Under the pieces are notes generated by a model. That model searched no databases, was not told the DNA's origin, and saw only the letters and a list, made by a program, of their open reading frames with translations. DNA of 64,000 bases from Bacteroidales bacterium (GTDB taxonomy: Bacteria; Bacteroidota; Bacteroidia; Bacteroidales; WCHB1-69). The first letter of the stretch is position 1; each line of letters opens with the position of its first letter. Shown here piece by piece: positions 61,155 to 64,000 of the stretch. The stretch lies in assembly GCA_045598105.1 (NCBI GenBank), contig JAZLLK010000049.1, forward strand, positions 38,072 to 102,071, given 5' to 3'. The position numbers were made by a program, and so were the translations under genes.

Positions 61155-61162
61155 TACCTTTG
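61155..61162 (+). promoter_or_regulatory. -7 box TACCTTTG for the Cys-rich mini-lipoprotein gene
   Basis: Context AATGTTACCTTTGCA, 70 nt upstream of the ATG at 61232. Confidence 0.65.
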
Positions 61163-61231
61163 CAAATATTTTTATACGGAGGATACCGAAAATCCGATAA
61201 AGAGTAGGTTAAAGATAAAAAATAACATAAA

Positions 61232-61459
61232 ATGAAAAAAGTATTAATAGCATGCGCAGCTATAGCATTAATTGCCGGTTTTACTTCATGTGATAAAGTT
61301 TGTAAATGTAAAGTTTACGCTTTGGGTATAGAATCAAGTTTTGAAGCTAATCTTACCGAACTTGAAGAAGACTATGGTATTAAAGTTGACAAATGCAACA
61401 AAGCTAATACCGTAATAGAACAAGGTGATACCAAATGGGCAGGCATAGAATGCAAATAA
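61232..61459 (+). CDS. Small (75 aa) Cys-rich lipoprotein
   Basis: Lipobox GFTSC. Four further Cys residues (CKCK pair, DKCN, terminal IECK). It has its own promoter and terminator. Confidence 0.6.
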   Translation: MKKVLIACAAIALIAGFTSCDKVCKCKVYALGIESSFEANLTELEEDYGIKVDKCNKANTVIEQGDTKWAGIECK

Positions 61460-61481
61460 TAGTTTTATAACAACCATTTAT

Positions 61482-61518
61482 AATGGGCAATGAATTTCAT
61501 TGCCCATTAATTTTTTTT
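61482..61518 (+). terminator. Terminator of the mini-lipoprotein gene
   Basis: 12-bp perfect stem AATGGGCAATGA / TCATTGCCCATT followed by a T8 run. It overlaps the first 12 codons of track ORF 61483, so I move that gene's start to 61525. Confidence 0.85.
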
Positions 61519-61524
61519 CATGGA

Positions 61525-62463
61525 ATGAAGCTGATAAAAATAAACAGTAAGGTAGTATCCATATTGCTCAGGGTGCTTATAGGCGGAGTGTTTGTAGCCT
61601 CGGCCGTACTCAAATATATGTCTATAGATGTATTTGACCTGTATGTGTATGAGCATAATATATTCAATTTGGGTTTTACCGAAACCCTCACCCGCTTATT
61701 GGTTGTTGTAGAGTTTTGTTTAGGGGTAATGCTAATAAGCGGTTTGCAGTTCAGGTGGACATATTATGCATCGCTTGGCTTGCTTGTGGGTTTTACTATA
61801 TATTTAATACTCATGCCTTGGCTGTTCCATGTGGATATGGCTAATTGTCATTGTTTTGGTGATAAGGTAATACTCAGCCGGGCACAGTCAATAGTGAAGA
61901 ATGTGGTGCTGATAATCCTATTGTTGCTGCTTAAAACGCAGCAGGGTACATATGGCAGACGGGCATGGTGGGCAGCGGGTATTACCGCTGTGGTGGTATT
62001 GGGTACGGTAATGTGCCTTAATGCCCCTGATTATTTGTATATACGCATACATAATAGTGAGGTAAAAATAGATGAAAACCTGTATCATGCCGCCTTGCAG
62101 GTGGTGAATAAGGATAGCAACTATTCACAAGGTAAGCAAATAATATGTATGTATTCCACAGCATGTTCTTATTGTCGCAAGTCGGCACGTCGTGTGCAAC
62201 TTATGGCACAAAGAGAGCATTGGGATACGAAGCAAATTAAGCTTATATTTTGGAATATACAGGGAGAAAAGGCTATACAAAATTTCTTCACGGAACAGCA
62301 TCTTGACCAAATGGAATACACATCGTTTGCAGTAGATACCTTTCTTACCGTTACGCAGGGGCAGCAGCCGGTAATATTGCTGTCGGATAACGGTAAAATA
62401 GTAAAATCAATGGATTATATAGCCTTTAATGAGGCGGATGTGAATGCGTTTTTGAATGAGTAG
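61525..62463 (+). CDS. MauE/DoxX-family redox membrane protein fused to a C-terminal thioredoxin-like (CxxC) domain
   Basis: Four transmembrane spans with a NCHCFG motif (the family NCGCFG), then a soluble domain with STACSYCRKS. Confidence 0.7.
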   Translation: MKLIKINSKVVSILLRVLIGGVFVASAVLKYMSIDVFDLYVYEHNIFNLGFTETLTRLLVVVEFCLGVMLISGLQFRWTYYASLGLLVGFTIYLILMPWLFHVDMANCHCFGDKVILSRAQSIVKNVVLIILLLLLKTQQGTYGRRAWWAAGITAVVVLGTVMCLNAPDYLYIRIHNSEVKIDENLYHAALQVVNKDSNYSQGKQIICMYSTACSYCRKSARRVQLMAQREHWDTKQIKLIFWNIQGEKAIQNFFTEQHLDQMEYTSFAVDTFLTVTQGQQPVILLSDNGKIVKSMDYIAFNEADVNAFLNE

Positions 62464-62548
62464 AAAAAAAACTTATTGAATGCATATAGAACTATATAAA
62501 TTTTCTTTTTATGGGGTAATGCCGTAAAACAGCGGTGATTCTGTAAGT

Positions 62549-62562
62549 ATAGCGTATGCGGG
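62549..62562. repeat. Direct repeat copy 1: ATAGCGTATGCGGG
   Basis: An identical 14-mer recurs at 63042-63055. Confidence 0.8.
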
Positions 62563-62585
62563 AATTTTATTAAATTAAAGAAAAA

Positions 62586-62630
62586 CTCTTAGCGGGGGAG
62601 GGGGGGGGATTACGCCTTCCCTGCTAAGAG
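62586..62630 (-). other. G/C-rich hairpin (CTCTTAGCGGG...CCCTGCTAAGAG) with a G5-A-G9 tract; terminator-like on the minus strand
   Basis: Read directly. On the minus strand the hairpin is followed by TTTTTCTTTAATTT. It lies ~460 nt beyond the stop of the nearest minus-strand gene. Confidence 0.5.
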
Positions 62631-63041
62631 AAAATACACCACTTTTCTATGGCTAAAAAACTATTTTAAAACATGTTATACATGTGATAATTAACATTAT
62701 ATATTGTCATGATTGAGAAAAAACGTTTACTTATTTCGTAAAATTCTACATTGTTATTATCTTTATATGTTTATAAGTGTTTGTTTGTAAATATGTTGTA
62801 AATATATTTTGTCAAATAGTGTCAAAATATTAATATTATAAAAATCAACTATTTTAATAGTAAATTTATGGTTTAAGTTGTTAATCAAAGTGATAATGTG
62901 TATGTTTTTTCTCGTATGTTACCTGTAAAAACGCTTAATATACAATGGTAATAGGAGAGTAGAATGAGTTTTCTCGCCCTTTAGGGCATGTTTTTCTTAA
63001 TTTTTTTGCAAATACCGTTAAAAGTCGGTAATCTTATTGGC

Positions 63042-63055
63042 ATAGCGTATGCGGG
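63042..63055. repeat. Direct repeat copy 2: ATAGCGTATGCGGG
   Basis: Identical to 62549-62562, located 38 nt downstream of the stop (63093) of the minus-strand transglycosylase gene. Confidence 0.8.
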
Positions 63056-63092
63056 GAAAAGGACAATAGGGCTATGGGTGGAGATGTGTTTT

Positions 63093-63983
63093 TCAGTTTT
63101 CCGTTTCTTTGTTAATTACAGTGTTTACCACAGGGTTAAAGTTTTGGTATTCGGTTTCGGTCATAAGGTCTCGTTCCAGCATGTGTTGGGCTACAAATAG
63201 CAGTTCGTTTTGTCGGGCTTCGGTAATGGTGCCGTTAGGTTGCAGAGTGGAGGCATAGTGTTTGGGGGCACGTATAAGTGTGGCCAGGTATATGCATTCG
63301 GCCTGTGTGAGGTCGGCCGGTGATTTATGAAAATAGAATTCGGCGGCTTCACCTATGCCCACTATGTTGGGGCCCCATTCTATAATGTTTACGTATATTT
63401 CGAACATGCGTTCTTTGCTCAGCAGATGTTGTTCTTCTATCATCCACACCAGCAGTATTTCTTCCAGTTTGCGGGTGAATATTTTTTTACGGTTCAGGTA
63501 CAGGTTTTTTACCAGCTGCATAGATATGGTGCTACCGCCGCGACGCAGGCGTCCTGATTTAATATTGGTAATAAGGGCGTCTTGTATGGAGGAGGTAATA
63601 AAGCCTCTGTGTCGGAAGAAGGCGGCATCTTCCGATGCCAATATGGCATTACGCAGGTAGGGCGGTATGCGGCTAAAGGGGCAGAATAGTGGGTTAGTTG
63701 TTCCTATAGGAATATTGCGTATCAGTTCGCCGTTTATGTAGAAGGGGTATTCAAAGTCTTCATTGAATCGTGTAATCTGCTCCAGTCCTTGGGTAATGTG
63801 AAAGTGAGGCTGTCCCGAGTGTAAATTGAATGAGAACTTAAGGCTGTCAATATTATTCATATCTGCATGGAGCAGTGTGTATAAGCTGAAGTGCCCTGCG
63901 GGCTGCAGTAGAGGTAGTATTTGGAATTGTTTGGCCGGCAGAGCGGCAAAAAATGTAGCTGCATCTATATCGGGTTCGTTCAT
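63093..63983 (-). CDS. Peptidoglycan glycosyltransferase (GT51 transglycosylase domain) protein; the N-terminus may continue beyond the window
   Basis: ASEDAAFFRHRGF, RGGSTISMQLVKN and RKLEEILL motifs. The frame stays open upstream of the Met at 63983 to the window edge, and no transmembrane anchor is seen yet. Confidence 0.8.
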   Translation of the reverse strand: MNEPDIDAATFFAALPAKQFQILPLLQPAGHFSLYTLLHADMNNIDSLKFSFNLHSGQPHFHITQGLEQITRFNEDFEYPFYINGELIRNIPIGTTNPLFCPFSRIPPYLRNAILASEDAAFFRHRGFITSSIQDALITNIKSGRLRRGGSTISMQLVKNLYLNRKKIFTRKLEEILLVWMIEEQHLLSKERMFEIYVNIIEWGPNIVGIGEAAEFYFHKSPADLTQAECIYLATLIRAPKHYASTLQPNGTITEARQNELLFVAQHMLERDLMTETEYQNFNPVVNTVINKETEN

Positions 63984-64000
63984 GATGAATACTAGGCGTG

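Noticed and set aside
62971-63000. Possible plus-strand terminator GCCCTTTAGGGC followed by ATGTTTTTC in the convergent spacer.
   Set aside because: The stem is only 4 bp. It is too weak to call, so I did not build a crossing-terminator model on it.

Overview
AT-rich, gene-dense chromosomal segment that reads as Bacteroidota, probably Bacteroidales-like. Grounds: about 25 intergenic TAnnTTTG -7 promoter boxes placed correctly upstream of genes, three proteins with type IX secretion (T9SS) C-terminal sorting domains, TonB-dependent receptors, and lipoprotein signal peptides. I call about 52 protein-coding genes, mostly core housekeeping (ligA, mfd, clpB, ruvC, lpxB, gcvT, rocD, tnaA, mltG, deoC, rpmH, rpmF, tdh, aspartate aminotransferase). 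rpmH (54 aa) is missing from the ORF track because it is under 60 aa. Several track ORFs start too early and were trimmed to the Met that follows the promoter or terminator (tlpA-like, TonB receptor, mltG, yfhO-like, M28-like, clpB, MauE/DoxX). There is one clear cis-regulatory RNA: a TPP riboswitch on the minus strand ahead of a TonB-receptor/PnuC operon. I saw no rRNA, tRNA, CRISPR array, transposase, integrase or recognisable defence genes, so this does not look like a mobile or defence island. The most promising unknowns are: (i) a TlpA / DUF6029 barrel / Omp28-like CxxC lipoprotein triad heading an 8-kb envelope operon that runs into lpxB; (ii) a T9SS cargo pair (C10 peptidase with CUB-like domains plus an Asp-box protein); (iii) a 630-bp ORF-free spacer between convergent genes, with a G-rich hairpin and 14-bp direct repeats; (iv) signs of gene decay (an internally deleted Na/Pi cotransporter, an M28 homolog lacking metal ligands); (v) small acidic or Cys-rich lipoproteins. 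All family assignments come from motif recognition by eye; no search was run.
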